Shown piece by piece: positions 37,676 through 39,305 of a DNA stretch of 39,305 nt. This DNA is from Eledone cirrhosa (Eukaryota), in contig CAXHJY010001239.1 of assembly GCA_964016885.1 (NCBI GenBank), positions 1 to 39,305 of the forward strand, given 5' to 3'. Within the stretch, counting starts at the first letter, position 1; every line of letters begins with the position of its first letter. Position numbers and translations under genes: made by a program. Under the pieces are notes generated by a model. It did not search any database. It saw only the letters and a list, made by a program, of their open reading frames with translations, and had not been told where the DNA came from.

Positions 37676-38128
37676 AAACGACCTCCTCCTATTGGCCCCT
37701 ATACCTCCTTCCCACCCTACCCCACTGCTCCTCAACCTGAAATACGGCCACTATGGTTATGTGAGTACCTCTTACGTATCTACATGTTCTGCCTGGAGAG
37801 GTGTTTTTATGTGCCTGCGTATATGCGTATATTTATTGAGTACTTATTTATTTGTATGTGTATATATTTGTGTGTATGTGTGTATATGTATGTGTATATA
37901 TATATATATATGTGTGTGTATATGTGTTTATTTATGTAGTTATATGTATATATGTGTATATATGTGTGTATATATATGTATATATGTGTGTATATGTGTG
38001 GGTGTGTGTGTGTGTGTGTGTGTGCGTATATGTATGTAAATGTATGTATGTATGTGTGTGTATATGTATATATATATATATATGTATATATATGTATATA
38101 TATATATATATGTATATATATACGTATA

Positions 38129-38171
<43 letters not shown>

Positions 38172-38248
38172 GTATGTATATGTATATATATGTATATATA
38201 TATATGTATATATGTGTGTGTGAGTGTATATATATGTGTGTGTGTGCA

Positions 38249-38287
<39 letters not shown>

Positions 38288-38555
38288 GTGTGTGTATGTG
38301 TGTAGGCGTGTATATATATATGTATATATGTGTGTATATGTGCGTATATATGTATGTATGTATGCGTATATATATATGTATATGTCTGTGTATGTATATG
38401 TATATGTGTATATATATATGTATGTACATGTGTATATGTGTGTGTGTGTGTGTATATATGTGTATATATATGTGTATATGTATATATGTATATATATAGG
38501 TATATATGTATGTATATATTTGTATGTATATGTGTATGTGTGTTTGTGTGTATGT

Positions 38556-38601
<46 letters not shown>

Positions 38602-38722
38602 TATATATATATGTATGTATATCTATATGTATATATGTTTATATATATGTGTATGTATGTGTGTATGTATGTATGTGTGTATGTGTATTTGTATATATGT
38701 ATATGTATATATATATATATGA

Positions 38723-38763
<41 letters not shown>

Positions 38764-38773
38764 TATATGTAAA

Positions 38774-38838
38774 AGTTCTTCATACGGATTGGACGCTACC
38801 GTGGACTCTTGGTGGATTTGTCTACATATGTATATGTG

Positions 38839-38903
<65 letters not shown>

Positions 38904-39305
38904 ATATATACTTATATATATATACATATATATATATACATATACATATGTGGATGGATCTACCAGGAGTTTGCGGTGGTGTCCAGTCCGTATGAGGAAC
39001 TCAATGTGTTCCGGATGTCATGGAGGGAGGAGATGCGGTGAAGGATCACTTTCGGTGAAAGATAGACGGAGTGCAGAGTCAGGATGAAATATTGAACAAG
39101 TGATGAATAAAGCGATGAGGCGGTTCCTTATATTGAGCAGGAGGGGTTCATTATTTGGCGATCGTTTCTGGGATTTATATGTGTTGGAGTTGGCATGCAT
39201 GTTCAGCAGATCTATGTGCAAGGTTGTACAAAATTATACAAAATTATACAAAATTATAAAAATGCATATATGCGCATGCAAATAAAAATGTATGATTGTG
39301 TGTAT
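38774..39305. mobile_element. Tail-to-tail family A-like pLTR hairpin with A>G hypermutation
   Basis: 38774-38828 is the sense pLTR end. 38947-39250 is antisense pLTR including the HHR 3' half. Spacer is TA-rich. Confidence 0.88.

Overview
AT-rich eukaryotic (probably invertebrate) DNA with no host genes: a (TA)n/(TG)n microsatellite field filled with Penelope-like retroelements (PLEs) of the Naiad type (RT plus C-terminal GIY-YIG). Element A (1437-8051) is full length with one in-frame TAA. Element B (15031-19248) has an intact ORF. Each is preceded by a head-to-head inverted partial copy. There are also GIY-YIG fragments and short 3'-end (pLTR) insertions of several other families. Manual folding gives about 16 type I hammerhead ribozyme (HHR) motifs in about 7 sequence families, several atypical (a 116-nt stem II, a U3-A8 core). 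Main new observation 1: six unrelated families share a covarying bulged hairpin (RCUC-helix-loop-helix-UN bulge-GAGY), and every assessable element 3' end lies 4-6 nt upstream of such a hairpin. This suggests an RNA signal that sets the reverse-transcription start, with two hairpins giving paired long/short ends in fold-back insertions. Main new observation 2: a tail-to-tail pLTR hairpin at 38774-39230 carries A-to-G changes on the same strand in both arms, the signature of an ADAR-hyperedited RNA that was retro-integrated. The long Y/I-rich ORFs are microsatellite artefacts. All alignments and folds were done by eye.
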